A stretch of DNA of 50,860 bases, from assembly GCA_051453625.1 (NCBI GenBank), contig JBOZIK010000001.1:11870575-11921434 (forward strand), written 5' to 3'. The first letter of the stretch is position 1. Every line of letters begins with the position of its first letter. Below the pieces are notes generated by a model. That model was not told where the DNA came from and did not search any database. It saw only the letters and a list, made by a program, of their open reading frames with translations. Made by a program: the position numbers and the translations under genes. Source of the DNA: Welwitschia mirabilis (Eukaryota). Below are positions 1 through 13,343 of the stretch, piece by piece.

Positions 1-73
<73 letters not shown>

Positions 74-96
74 TGTGTGTATATATATATATATAT
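1..96. repeat. Compound microsatellite (GT)n-(GC)n-(GT)n-(AT)n
   Basis: Perfect GT dinucleotide run from 1 to ~65, followed by gcgcgc and a short (AT)n run at ~81-95. Confidence 0.98.
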
Positions 97-162
97 TTGT
101 GTATGTGTATTATGCATTTTGTGTAATATATAGAGGGGAAGATACAAAATATGATGAGAAGT

Positions 163-1350
163 TACTATCCTCATCAAATCATGATCAACTCTTAGTGGAT
201 AGTAGGATCAGGTATAGAAGAAGAAGAGACAAGATGCTCAGGATTAGTAGCAAAATAATGGTTTAGTGATATCATAATAGTTCACATCATTTTATCTTTC
301 CTATACTCATACTATCTCTAGGAGCTCCATCATTATAGTGTGCTCTACTTGTAGGATGTACTATCGCATATCCACAAGCTGCTTCTGAGTGTGCTGTACT
401 CTCCTCTTAACTGTTTGAATCCTCTTCTCTAATGTAGAAATTCCTTAACCTATAATGCCTTTAATGGTCTTAGTGATCTCTACTAGGAGGGCTTAAATCT
501 ACTCAAGTGAAGTATGAATTGTAGGTCTTTGAACTTGAGGTATCTCTACCTCTCTTGATACCTATATGCTCATGTGCTATAGGTTACAAGCTAAAGTCTA
601 TATGTGCATGAATTACTGCTCAACTATAGGCTCTAATATACATAAGAATCTAAACATGGCTTAGAGGAGGCATAAAAATCATAAAGTTTGTAGCTATTAT
701 TCCTCTACCATGGACCTAAGTCTCCTTCATATAAATGTGGGTAAGTTCATCTGCTTATCTTGCTTGAATACTATCAGTATCTACAAATGAGCCACCATTT
801 CATGATAGTCATGAAAATATGGGCTGATGTTATGAATCAATCCTTTGTGTAAAATCTAATAGGTAAGAGTCAAATGTATTATTAAAACACCCTGCCTATT
901 TAATGTTAAATCTACTGGTACGTCTAATGTTGTGCCATGCATATAGTGCTCCTCCATTACACCAGCTGAGTATATATGAACACTCTTAATACCATCAAGA
1001 TCTATCACTACCACAATGTGGTTTCAGAGGAATGCGATCTTAAGACCCCAAATCTTAACTACCATCATGTCTATTGGTTGTCCACGGGCATTGGGGTAAC
1101 GCTCTATGTGCATGATATCGTAGAATTCCCTTGTCTTAGATACCTAGTACCTCTCCTATGCATCTAAGATCCATCAAAGCTATAATTACATGATCCTTTG
1201 ATCTATCTCTAGATCTAATCAACTTATAAAATCTCCAAAATGTCTCTCAACATGAATAGCAGCCATTCGAATAGTAAGAGATCTAGCATACCAAGGTGAG
1301 GGACGTACCTCTTCTGCATGCTCAATATCTGGTGGTGCTCATAGGCCCAT
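163..1350 (-). pseudogene. Decayed Athila 3' accessory (env-like / 'putative plant transposon protein') ORF
   Basis: GC-richer than its flanks; ATG at 1350 (MGL*APPDIEHAEEVRPSPW...). Frameshifted Y.KTREFYD...MVVKIWGLKI resembles the YPxLVREFY...V.G..I motif of this ORF class. Lies downstream of integrase. Confidence 0.55.
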
Positions 1351-3719
1351 CTTCAAATCAATAGCTTTAGCCTTAACCTCAGCTTATCTAGCTCTACATG
1401 TGTGTGGTATATTCAATCATAAATATGCAATATGTTACTTGAGATCTTATGGATATAGCTAAAATATCCCACATGGATGCTCGAAACGACCTCAAAAATT
1501 AGTTTAAAAATTTGTAAAAATCATGAAAATATTTTTTCCTCTCCTCCATTTAAAAATATTAATACATCTTGTATTTTTTGGTTATATGAAGAAAAGTGTA
1601 AAACACACAAAAAGTTAAAAATTGTATTTTAGGTGGGCCCCACATAAGGTAAAAAATAAAGGTACTCAAATAAAAAATCTAATTTTCTAGAAATGTAGAG
1701 CACATCATATTAATTAATTTACCTTAAATGACCACTATGTTTTGAATTATGATTTTTGAGAAAATTAGTTTCAAATGTAAAATTCTAATTCTTTCATGTA
1801 AAAAGCATAATTTATTATATCTTTTAAAATACATGGTAAAATCAGATTCATAAGTTCTCAATCAAAGAACTAAAAAAACTAAATAACATATGTGAAAACT
1901 ACATATCAAAAGGCTAAGAAATCAAAAATAAAAATTTTTAAAAAATTAAGAGAGAAAAACATACCTTATTTTTGAAAAATCACTAAAATCTAAAAATCTA
2001 TGAATGAATTTGATGGGGACAATTTTTAGCATGTCAGCAGGGACCAAGCGTACTATCTCTCTTAATAGAATAAGGGGAAATAACAAAGAATGGAAGAAAA
2101 ATAAGAAAAAAAAATGGACATCATAGTTTTATCACACTATCATCTAGTCGCGTCATCTGAATGACAACCCTAGGATAACTGTTAGAAAAAAAACTTAGTG
2201 TCATCTCTAATGTCATCTAGATGATCAAGTGGATGACGAAACTTTAAAAAATTTCTCAAAAATGAAAATGTCAGTTAAACAAATTAGGCTTAGATATCAG
2301 TGTGAAGGTAATAGAATGTATTATAAGGTTTCAAAAAAGAGGGAATGATGAAGAGTTATGTCAAATCAAGATGATAAAAAGAACTCAAAATAAGTGAAAA
2401 TTAGGATGATGAAAACATACTAAGTTGGTTGAAACCTAAGAAAGAAGACTGAATAAGTGCACCCAAACTAAAGAAAATAAACAATAAAAAGTGTAGAACT
2501 CCAAAAGATACAAAGGAAATCTCATAGAAACCACGAAGCATAAAATATTATTATTTAATTAAAATGTCAAAATAAAATTAACTTGATATTGAATGAAATG
2601 CCATAACTAACAACAATAAAACTACTAAATGATAAGGTCCTAAGTGAGGATGAGAAAGTATGGAAATGACTTTAAAATAATAAACTAAAGAATCAAAGAA
2701 AAAGTAGAACACAAATGGACATAAGGAACATAAAGAAGATAGCTTACCTATTCTAAATTCTAACCTAGAAAACCACCTTAGAAGACATTACAAAGCTATC
2801 CTAGTAAAAATGCATAATAAAACATATCAACTCCATAAAATTCCACTTAAAAAGGTAATGATTATGGTGGCACCAAGGATAAAGTGCTTATTATAATGAA
2901 TGATAAGATTAAAAGTTACTCAGAAATAAACTCACCTACTCTCATCTCAAAACACACTCAAATCCTTAAAAGTAAAATAAGCATGTAGAAATACTAAGAG
3001 TCTAGGAAATAAGCAATACCTATAATGATAATAGAAATACCACTAATTCCATAGCCTCAAAATTTATTATAACTTTCTATGATGAGAGGAGTGTAGTCAT
3101 AGTAAAAAAAGTAAGGACCCGTGAAGCATGGCCAATTGACTCCCAAGTAAAGTTCCCATAGCTACCAACACTACTAAAATTTCCTTTTGGAAAAAGTTAT
3201 ACTAGTGTGGTAGCACATCATAGTGACTATGTATTTTTTAGCTGAAATACAATAGATCATGGTTATTATTTTCTCTCTCTTTTTCTTTATGTATAATAAC
3301 ACAAATAATTCCTACATGATCACACACTCAGAAAGACAAAAGTAAGTAAGTAAGATAAAAGATAGAAAAGAACATACCTAAATAACTAATGATGTTACAC
3401 CATTGAAAAAAGAAAAGAATTAAAACATTTTCCTTCAAATTGAAGTTCATAGATGTAGAAATGTTTTAATATTAAATGAATCCAATCTTATCATTGTAAA
3501 ATTCCTAAGTATGAACACTAGTCATGGAAACTTTATAAAGTAATCACATAAATTAAGTTTAAAAAATGATTAAGTGAATCATAACATCTACTAAAGGGAT
3601 ACGCTAAGAGAGAACTTAGACTGTGATAGGGTGAAAGTCCTCCTCATTGAAAAGAACCTATAAAATAACTATTTGTATCATGTTCAAAGTTGCATCAAAA
3701 GATTTTTCCATATCTTTCA

Positions 3720-6700
3720 ATCTTTATCTATTAAATTTCTAAATCTCCTTAGTTTCTAAGTTGAAAATCTTAACAGAGTTATTAAAATGTACTTTTTCTA
3801 TAAGATAAAGGCTTAACCATTTATAAGTCAATTTGTAATGTAAAATATATACTCTAGTATTATATAAAAGGATAAGTTGACTAGGTTCAAACTTTTTATA
3901 AAGTAATTTCCTATCATGTTTAAACATAGCTTGGGCTTTGTAAATTAGTTGAAAATGTTTAGCATAAGTATGTTTTTTAGCTAGATGATCAAATTGACGG
4001 AATCATGTTTAAGATTCTTATAAAGATCCAGAATATTAAGTTAATAAGAATAATAATAAGAGTTATAACACACATCAACAGGTAAAGAAAAAACTTTCTT
4101 GTATACAAGTTCATAAGGTGAATAACCAAGGGAACTACATCAAGTAGTATGGTAAGCCCAAACAAATTGTTAAGATTTAGAGCCTAATATTTTTTTATTA
4201 ACAAAGACAAGTTTTTGTAGCATTTTCTTAATTTATCTAGTTGTATTTTCATCTGGACCATTGATTCATAAATGATAATCTTAAGCTACTCTATGCTCAA
4301 TTCTAATGGATAAAAGAATTTTACTAAAAAGTTGATTAATAAAGTAAGTTTCTTCATCACTAATTATAATCCTAATAAATCAAAACATTAAAAAATATGA
4401 TTTTTAAGAAAAGTACAAATGGTTTGGGCATCATTCATAGAAGTAGGAATAGCTTCAATCTATTTAGTAACATAATCAATGGCCACTAAAATGAAGTGAT
4501 TATCATTAAAAGGTGGTTTAATAGGGCCTATAAAATTAATTCCCCAATAATAAAAAGGTTCACATTTAAGAATAGATTTAATAGACATCTCTTAAGAATA
4601 AATAAGCCTACTATAATGTTGACAAGCATTACACCTTCTAGCAAAATCAAAAGAATCCTAAAAAAAACTAGGCTAATAAAAACCAAAGTGAAGGATTTTT
4701 ATAGCTATTTTCTATCTAGTTCATGGTAAAGATAAAGAATGTCAAATTTTTCCCATTCAGGCACATATTTTTGCATGATTTGATCTTTTCATCTATGATA
4801 AAAATATGGCTTTATCCATTCATAATTACCTATACTATGGAAAAAGTATTTCCTTTAATTATAAGTCCAATGTTATAGTGTTTTTATGGTAAAAATGGAA
4901 TTAATAATATTAGTATACCAAAAAGGAGAATGAGTATAAGATATGGCTACTATTTATTCATTCAAAAAAGAATCATTAACTATAAAATTATTAAAAGAGG
5001 AAGAAAGATGTGATAAATGATCTGCTATACTATTATTCTTTCCTTCTTTATCAATGATAAGCATTAGAATCTTTCTTGGTCATGAGGTATCTAATTATTC
5101 CATGGTCAATATAAACATTCATATGAAAGTCTAAAAGATAATGTCTGATAGTATCAACGCAAAAGATAATTTCTAACATTTCTTTTTCATAGTAGTATAA
5201 TTCATTTTAGCTTTAGTCAAAGTTTTACTATAAAAGATATAACCTTAAAATCATTTTTGTATTTTTTTTCTAAGCACCACACCCATGATAATATTACTGT
5301 CATCACATATTAACTCAAAATCTTTATTTCAATCAAGTTCCATTACAATACAAGTAGAAGAGATTTTATCTTTAAGTGTGTTAAAAGTAAGCTAACAAGA
5401 TTTATTCCAATCAAATTTAACTTATTTTTAAAGTAATGATAAAGGTATTTATAAATTTTTACATAATATGAAATAAAGTGATGATAAAAACCACAATAAC
5501 CAAGGAAGGATCGAACTTGTTTTACATTAATTGGAGGAGTTAGGTATTTAATGATACTAACTTATTCTAGTTCCATTATAATTCCTTTATTAGAAATGTG
5601 GTGACCTAAGATAATCCCACTATCAACTAAAAAGAAACATTTTTTCCAACTTAAATGTAGGCCATTAGTAATGCATCTACCAAGGACTTTCTCTAACCTT
5701 TCTGACATTTATTCAAAGGTTTCATCATAGATTGAGAAGTAATCTAGAAAATTTTCTATTGGATCCTCTAATATATTAGAAAAAATACCCATCATTGCAC
5801 ATTTAAAAGTATTAGGAGTATTGCAAAGTCTTAAAGGCATACATCTAAAAAAAAAGTTTTAAAAGATGAACTAAAAGTAGTTTTAGCCTGACCCATTAGT
5901 AATACAAACTTGATTATAACTACTATACTCATTAAGAAAATAATAAAAAACATGTACTTGGATTTTTATTAAGTATTTAATCAAGGAAAGGTAAAATACA
6001 ATGGTCTTTCTTGATTACTTTATGTAATTTTCTAAAATCAGTACACATTCTTCACTTTCCACCTTTTTTAGACACTACTATTAAAGAGCTAATTCACTCA
6101 TTCTTAGCTATGGCATAAATAATACTAGCATCCATTAATTTAATTATTTCATTCTTTATGACTTATTTAAGGGTTGGGCTTAGTCTATGTTTGGTTGCCT
6201 AATAGGTTTTGCATTATCTTCAAGGTAGATTTTATGTTGAACATTAGAGGTAGGAATGGATGTTAAATCTTTGTAGGACTAAAATTGACTCTTGTTGAGG
6301 GAAATGATTTGCATTTATTATTAAACATTTATTTTAATCATCACACAGAAATATATATTTTATTCTACTAGGTAAAGGTTTCAGATTTAAATTCAAATTT
6401 TTATTTTTATTAAATTTTTATCAAAATTGACTATCATCTAAGACTATCGTTTAGATGGCAGCAGTGAATGAAATTCTTCAAAATAAGAAATCTTAGTTTT
6501 ATTCAAATTTTTAACTTTTAGATAATTTATAGTTTCAATTTTTCTATTTTCTTGATTAAAATAATTAGTTCCTAAATGCTAGTTATTAAGTTGATTATCA
6601 TTAAAAGCTTTCAAGTTTACTACTTTAGTGGATCATTAAACAAGGTTGGCTCTTAAAGCATTAACCATCTTTCCTCAAGTGGACAATGTTGTAAAATTAA

Positions 6701-7200
6701 AATAGGTATAATCTCTTCTTTAATATTTAACTCATCACATAAATCCTTTTTAGTAGCATCAAATACTCTAACAGTACACTTCTTATTTCTTAAATAACAT
6801 TCCATCATTCTAATTATGGTATTAATAATACAATGGGCTATTACACAAAAGTCTCTATTTAGAAGTAATGGATAATATTCATTATTCTTAACTTTAATTA
6901 TAACCACATTTATATGATAGAATGCTTTTTTATTTGAATCACTAAGCCTTTGATTACTCTTAAAAGTTTCTTTACTGATGTATCTGCTAATTCTAAGATA
7001 ATGTTTGTCAGCTCAATTCTACTTTTTAAACCAAGTCATTGACAAATGTGTAAGGGAATAATGTTAACACTTACTCATATATCAATTAATGCTTTTTTTA
7101 TTTTTTTTTCCTTTATAAAGTAACACTAAATGTTATTACCCCTAGATCCTTAAACTTTAGACATTTTTAGAAGACTAAGTTGGTTACAGATTGAGCTAGG
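3720..7200 (-). pseudogene. Ty3/gypsy pol remnant: protease (~6750-7150), RT (~5500-6300), RNase H (~5000-5320), integrase (~3720-4900)
   Basis: Manual translation gives KALIDI*VSVNI (protease), RCMPLRLCNTPNTF and IENFLDYFSIY (RT, decayed FMDDF), WGINFIGP (integrase core) and KHDRKLLYKKFEPSQLILLYNTR (integrase C-terminus, ORF 3739-3927). Many stops and frameshifts. Confidence 0.92.
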
Positions 7201-8970
7201 AATACTTTAGTAGGTATATTTTATTTTTGTTTTCTTTTAATTAGATATTTCCATAACTTAGAATATTTATAATTCTCTAATAAAAGTTTTCAAAATCAAA
7301 AATTTATACTCACATTTTGTATTAATGCTTTAAGATGTTCATCATAGGTAGGATTTGTGTTTGATCTATTAAGCTAAGGGGTAATAGGTTTCTTACCTTT
7401 ATCTTGAGAAGAATTTTTCTCAAGATAAAGGTATGATTTTATAAGATTTTAATATCTTCTCCTTATTCATCATTTTTATCATTTTGGGATGTTGAAGCCT
7501 CTTAGATAGGAGGTGTTATATCATTTATACTTCTTATTATAACCTTACAATATTTTCTAACTTTATTAGGGTTTGGTAAAGATTGTGTTGCAAGTGAACC
7601 TTATGTTTTTTGATTCATAAGTATACTTTATTATAGAATATTAATAATTTTTTCAATGTTTAAATTTGTTTTCTTTTAATATTTTCTTAATTCATCAATA
7701 GAATTTCTAAGTGAATAATTCTTATTTTATAAACTTGATATGCTTACTTGATAATTTGAGTTATTTAGTGGAAGTTTGAGTTATTTGTTTAAAATCTAGC
7801 ATTCTCAAATGTATTCTAAATGATTGAAAATTAGGATGCTTTGATTAAAGTTCTTAAATTTGTTTGCAAAAGATTAAAATTTGGTTATACATTTATTCTA
7901 GATTGAAATTGGTTTTAATTTTGATTTTGGTTTTAGTTTTCATTTTTAAAGTTTGAAAACCTTTGATTAAATGTATACATCTCTTTACAAATCTTTTTCT
8001 TTATAAGTTGTTAGTAAAGGACAATCTTTTATTACATGGTAATCATGTTCATACAAATCACAAATTGGAACCACATCTACACTCTTTTCAGTTGCCACCT
8101 TTGCATTTAAGATTATTTTTGTGTATTTTTTTAGTATTGTAATAAAATCCTTCATAACATTATTTTTTTATTTATTTATTTTCACTTCTTTCTTTTCTTT
8201 TTTAACTTCTTTAATGTGTTTTGTAATTTGACCTACTGTACAATTTTCTTTAAGGGATTGTTTAGGCTATGTTTAACTTATTTCTACTAGTTCTTCCAAC
8301 ACTTGTCATGCATTTTCTAATGTGATATTTATCAAATCTCCTCTACATAAAAAATTTATAAGTTATTTTATTTGGCTATTAAGTCCACTATGAAAGTAAT
8401 CTACTAATTCATCTTGAGTAAAATCATTTATAGGGTTAGAATATATGGTAATGAAAAATCTCTTATAAATGAAGGCATAATATTCATTAGGTTATTATTG
8501 GAAGTTAGTTACTTCTTTCTTTCTTTTTCTTATATTTGTTTCACTTATAAATCTTTTTATAAATGCATCTTACACTTGATTCCATGTTTTTAAACTTTTA
8601 TGGAATAGTTTTTAATCATAGTTTAGATTTTCCTTTTAAAGTGATGAAAAACATAACCATATAAGTATGATCATTAATTCATTTTTTAACATTTCTGAAA
8701 GTAAGTACTAATTAGTCAATGTTGACTATATGTTGTAAGGGATATTCATCATTTTTTTCATTAATAATAAGATAGACATTTAAATTTATTAACATAACAT
8801 CATTAAGAGGTAAGTTAAAAGTGATTTGGATCATATTTCTTATTTGGTAAAGTTTTTTAAGGGTGACATTAGCATTAGGATTTACTAGGATAGTAGTAGA
8901 GGTTTTAATAATAATAAGGGAATTAGACAAAGAAACCTATTTTTGTTTTTGTAATGAATTTGATATTATA
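7200..8970 (-). pseudogene. Ty3/gypsy gag remnant of element A1
   Basis: ORF 8712-8930 plus downstream fragments (FSSL.GKSKL*L, FIKRF, DYFHSGL...LCRGDL) resemble retrotransposon gag. Position lies between PBS and protease. Confidence 0.75.
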
Positions 8971-9624
8971 ATAAAATGAATTTTTCTAAACTATCTTTTG
9001 AAAGATTTTATTTTGAAAAATTATATTCTAAAATGATAAATGCATAAAAATTTTCTTACTGAACTTTTAAATTATTTTGTGTACCTAGGATGTGCATACC
9101 TAGGTTAAGTTTGTAGTTGATTAGACATTCTCACATATTTTATTTGATGAATAGACACTCTTTCTAATATTTTATCTTTGTATTAGAATTTATCATGTAT
9201 CAACATGCTCAGTTTTTATTTTAATGCATGTTATCTCTTTTATCATCTGAACAATATACTTGGATGACAAAACACATTAAAAAACCCAAAAATAAAAAAC
9301 ACAAAAAAATAGAATTGGAAAGTAACACAAACATAAAAATAGAAAGTCATCCATCTAGTCATCTAGATGATAGAGGGAATGATAAGAAAACTTTAGTTCT
9401 TAAGAAAAGTGAAAAAACTAAGGCACATAGGAAGTCATCATCATGCATTACTTAGATGATGATATGGATGACAAGGAGTTTATTTTAAAATGCAAAACAA
9501 AAACTGCAAAAAGAAAGTCCTACATTCTTACTATAAAAAATACAATGCTACTATAGGTAAATACTTGAACTAAAATCTAAAAGACTCACTTAAGCAATAA
9601 TAATCCTTAAACTCTAAGTAGCCT

Positions 9625-9642
9625 TCCTCAGTAGCAATACCA
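9625..9642 (-). other. Decayed primer-binding site (Athila-type, tRNA-Asp-like)
   Basis: Minus strand reads TGGTATTGCTACTGAGGA versus the Athila-type consensus TGGCGCCGTTGCCGGGGA; all differences are transitions. It sits 3 nt from the LTR end ...CAACA. Confidence 0.65.
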
Positions 9643-9645
9643 TGA

Positions 9646-11228
9646 TGTTGTAGTGCATATTTATGCAAATGTTATGTTCTTAAATAGATCCTATAAATAA
9701 TAAATTTATATAGATTTTATATAATATAACATACTAATATATATGGGAGTAATCCAAATGTTGTGTTCTTATTGAAGGTGTAAGCAAGAATAAAGAGAAT
9801 TAATTTTGAAAAAGAAATACTATGTATCCTTAGAGTAGAATAAAATAACAATGCAAATACACTATGCAAAGAAATGCAAGTCTAAACTAAACACAACTTT
9901 TATTTGATTACCAAATTAACCTATCATAGAGATTGATCCTGTATCACCTAGATCAATAAAAAAAGGCCATTACCAGATCAAGACCAGCATAATCTATTAA
10001 ATACATTAAATAGAATATGAAAACAATACAAAGTTAATCAAAGAAATGAAATGTGATGCATCTGAACTAATAATTTCGACTTAACAAAAGTTGCTCTTAT
10101 GATCTATATCATCAAAGAACCTATCATAAAATTAGAAGTAACATAAATAATAAGGGACATGCACAAAATAAAAGATANNNNNNNNNNNNNNNNNNNNNNN
10201 NNNNNNNNNNNNNNNNNNNNNNNNNNNNNNNNNNNNNNNNNNNNNNNNNNNNNNNNNNNNNNNNNNNNNNNNNNNNNNNNNNNNNNNNNNNNNNNNNNNN
10301 NNNNNNNNNNNNNNNNNNNNNNNNNNNNNNNNNNNNNNNNNNNNNNNNNNNNNNNNNNNNNNNNNNNNNNNNNNNNNNNNNNNNNNNNNNNNNNNNNNNN
10401 NNNNNNNNNNNNNNNNNNNNNNNNNNNNNNNNNNNNNNNNNNNNNTTAATTACTAAATTAACCAGTCATGGATATCAGCCCTATATAACCTATATCAATC
10501 AAGAAAAGCCATCACTAGATTAAGACTAATCTAAGCTATCAGGTACATTGAATAAAATATAAAAACGATGCAAAGTTAATCTAGCAAAGGAAATACAATG
10601 CACTTAAACTAATAATATCAACCTTAACAAAGGCTGCCCTCATGATCTATATCACTAAAGAAGCTGTTACAGAATCAAAAGCAACATAAACCATAAGGGA
10701 CATGCACAAAATAAAAGATATGAAAACAAAAATAGAGTTTTGATTAAAAGTGAATCAATATTCATGTTATAAAGTAGCAATGCCTCAATGAAGGATAAAC
10801 ATCCCAACACTAAGGAAGATATCTCTATTTAATAATAATAAATGAACCTCTGACCTTTCAATCTCCTATCATTAGAATTATTAGTGTAAATTAATATAAA
10901 CAAATTTGAGGGCTAAGGAGGAATTTATTAAAAAATAGATTCTAAAATGAGAAAAGACTAATAGATACATGAATACCCCTAACAACCATGTAAGAAAGTA
11001 TAAGACAAATGGCCAAAGTTTGATGAAGTTTGGTGAAGAATTTATCTCAAGAGTTACCTTCTAATCATTTAGACATCACAAAAGATGATGCTAACTCATA
11101 GAGTTCCACATTAGCTATCAAATTGATATAGTCAACATCCTTCTTTGCTTAAGTATTTTTATCATTCATATATTTATTTAGATGATGAGGTGGATGATAG
11201 GATTTTATAGAATTTTTCATGTATTACA
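9646..11228 (-). repeat. 5' LTR of element A1 (LTR family A; contains an N gap and a ~275-bp duplicated segment)
   Basis: TG...CA termini on the minus strand, adjacent PBS, and reverse-complement similarity to 11299-12348. Confidence 0.85.
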
Positions 11229-11298
11229 TTAGCCTCTTTGTCTATAAGATTTCTGTTTTAAATAAAAAATATTATAAATTGCTTCACATTCTATAAAA

Positions 11299-13343
11299 TA
11301 TAATGACATATGGAAAACTCTACAAAAATCTTATCATCCACCTCATCGTCTAGATGAATATACAGATAATAAAAACACTTAAGCAAAGGATGATATTAAC
11401 TAGATTAATATGGTAACTGATATGGAACTTTATGAGGTAGCATCATCTCCTATGACATCTAGATAACTAGAAGGACAACACTTGAGATAAATGTTTTATC
11501 AAACTTTACCAAACTCTAGCCATTTATCTAATACTTTCTTATGTGATTGTTAGAATTATTCATGTGTCCATTAGTATTTTTTTGATTTTAGATTCTATGT
11601 TGTAATAAATACCTCCTTATCCCTCAACTTCATTTTTATCTTCGTTTGCATCAAAAATTATCAAGGACCGAAGATCCAACCATTATTATTATAGAAAAAT
11701 GTCTTCCTTGGTGTTGGATTGCATATCATTTATTGAGGTGTTGTTTCTTTGTAATATGGATGTTGATTCAGTTTTATTTAAAACTCTATTTTTCTTTTCA
11801 TATCTTTTATTTTGTGCATGTTTCTTATGGTTTATAATGCTTCTAATTCTGTGATAGCTAATTTGATTATACATATTATGAGTGCAACCTTTGTTAAGGT
11901 TGACATTATTAGTTTAGGTGCATTGCATTTCATTTTCTAAATTAACTTTGCATTATTTTCATATTCTCTTTAATGTACCTAATATCTTAAATTGGTCTTA
12001 ATCTAGTGATAACTTTTCTTGATTTATCTAAGTTATATATGGCCAATCTCCATGATAGATTGATTTGGTAGTCAAATGAAAGTTACATTTAGTTTAGACT
12101 TACATTTCATTTGCATAGTGTATTTGCATTATTATTTTTGCATTATTATTTTATTCTACTTTAAGGATATGTAGTATTTTATTTTCAAAATTAATTTTCT
12201 TTCTTTTCACCTGTGCCTTCAATGAGAATATGAAATTTACGTTACTCCCATCTATATTAGTGTATTATCTTGTGCAAAATCTATATATATTTGTGATTTA
12301 AATGATCTGTTTGAGAATGTAACGTTTGTATAAATACGCATCACAACATCTTGCCACCATTGCTGGGGAAGGCTATGTGAAGTTTGAGAAGTGTCATTAC
12401 TTAGATAAGTGCTTTGGATTTTAGTTTGCATATTAATCTGTAGTAGCATTATATTTTTTAGAATAAAAATGTAGATTTTTCTTTTTGTAGTTTTTCTTTT
12501 GTATTCCAAAATAAATGTCGTATCATCTGCATCATCATCTAGATAACTTATGATGACATACACTTTTGTATCTTAGTTTTTTTACTTTTATTAAGAACTA
12601 AAGTTTTCTTATTGTCTCCCTTATTATCCAAATGACTAGGTATATGAATGTCTATTTTTATTTTATGTTAATTTACAATTCTACTTTTCTGTGTTTTTAT
12701 TTTTAAGTTTTTTGTATGTGGTATTATCTAGGAATATTGTCCATATGACAAAAGAGACAACATGCATTGAAATAAAAACTAAGTATTCTAGGACATGGTA
12801 AATTGTAGTAAAAAGGGAAACTATTAGAGAGAATGGCTATTCATCAAATAAAATATTTAAAAAAGTTTGATCAATCACAAAATTAACCTAAGTATGCATA
12901 TCTTAGGTATGGAAATACCTCAAAAATTTAGCAAGAATATTTTTTTACATTTATTATTTCAGAATCTACTTTTTCAAAAAAAAAAAAAAAAATTTTAAAG
13001 ATACTTTAGAATAAATTCATTTTATTACAATGTCAAATTCATTAAAAAAAATAGAAATAGATTGCCTCATCTAATCCCCTTATTACTATTGAAACCTTTG
13101 CTACTACCCCTCTAAATCCTAATGCTAATGTCACCCTTAAAGAACTTATAGCAAATAAGAAATGTGAAATCTAAATGTCTTTTTACCTACTTTCTAATAA
13201 TAATGTTAAGTTAAAAAATTTAAATGCCTATCCTATTTTTAATAAAGAGAATGATGAAGATACCTTACAACATATATCCAACATAGAATAATTAGTACTT
13301 AATTCCAAAAAAGGTAAAAAATAAATTAGTAATCATACTTATA
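11299..13343 (+). mobile_element. 3'-truncated Athila-type element A2 (5' LTR 11299-12348, PBS 12352-12369, leader, start of gag from ~13030)
   Basis: Inverted homolog of ~8660-11228. LTR ends ...CACAACA, then PBS TGCCACCATTGCTGGGGA (14/18 to TGGCGCCGTTGCCGGGGA). The gag start MSNS...NPNANVTLKEL matches A1. Confidence 0.88.

Larger units (their letters stand above)
130..11228 (-). mobile_element. Degenerate Athila-type Ty3/gypsy LTR retrotransposon (element A1); 3' LTR not seen in window
   Basis: Minus-strand order is LTR, PBS, gag, protease, RT, RNase H, integrase, long non-coding spacer, extra ORF. This is the gypsy domain order with an Athila-like PBS and 3' accessory ORF. Confidence 0.9.

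Noticed and set aside
3..266. 87-aa ORF (MCVCVCV...)
   Set aside because: Translation of the GT/AT microsatellite
4496..4729. Plus-strand ORFs 4496-4729, 13738-13992 and 15020-15235
   Set aside because: Antisense shadows of minus-strand pol remnants
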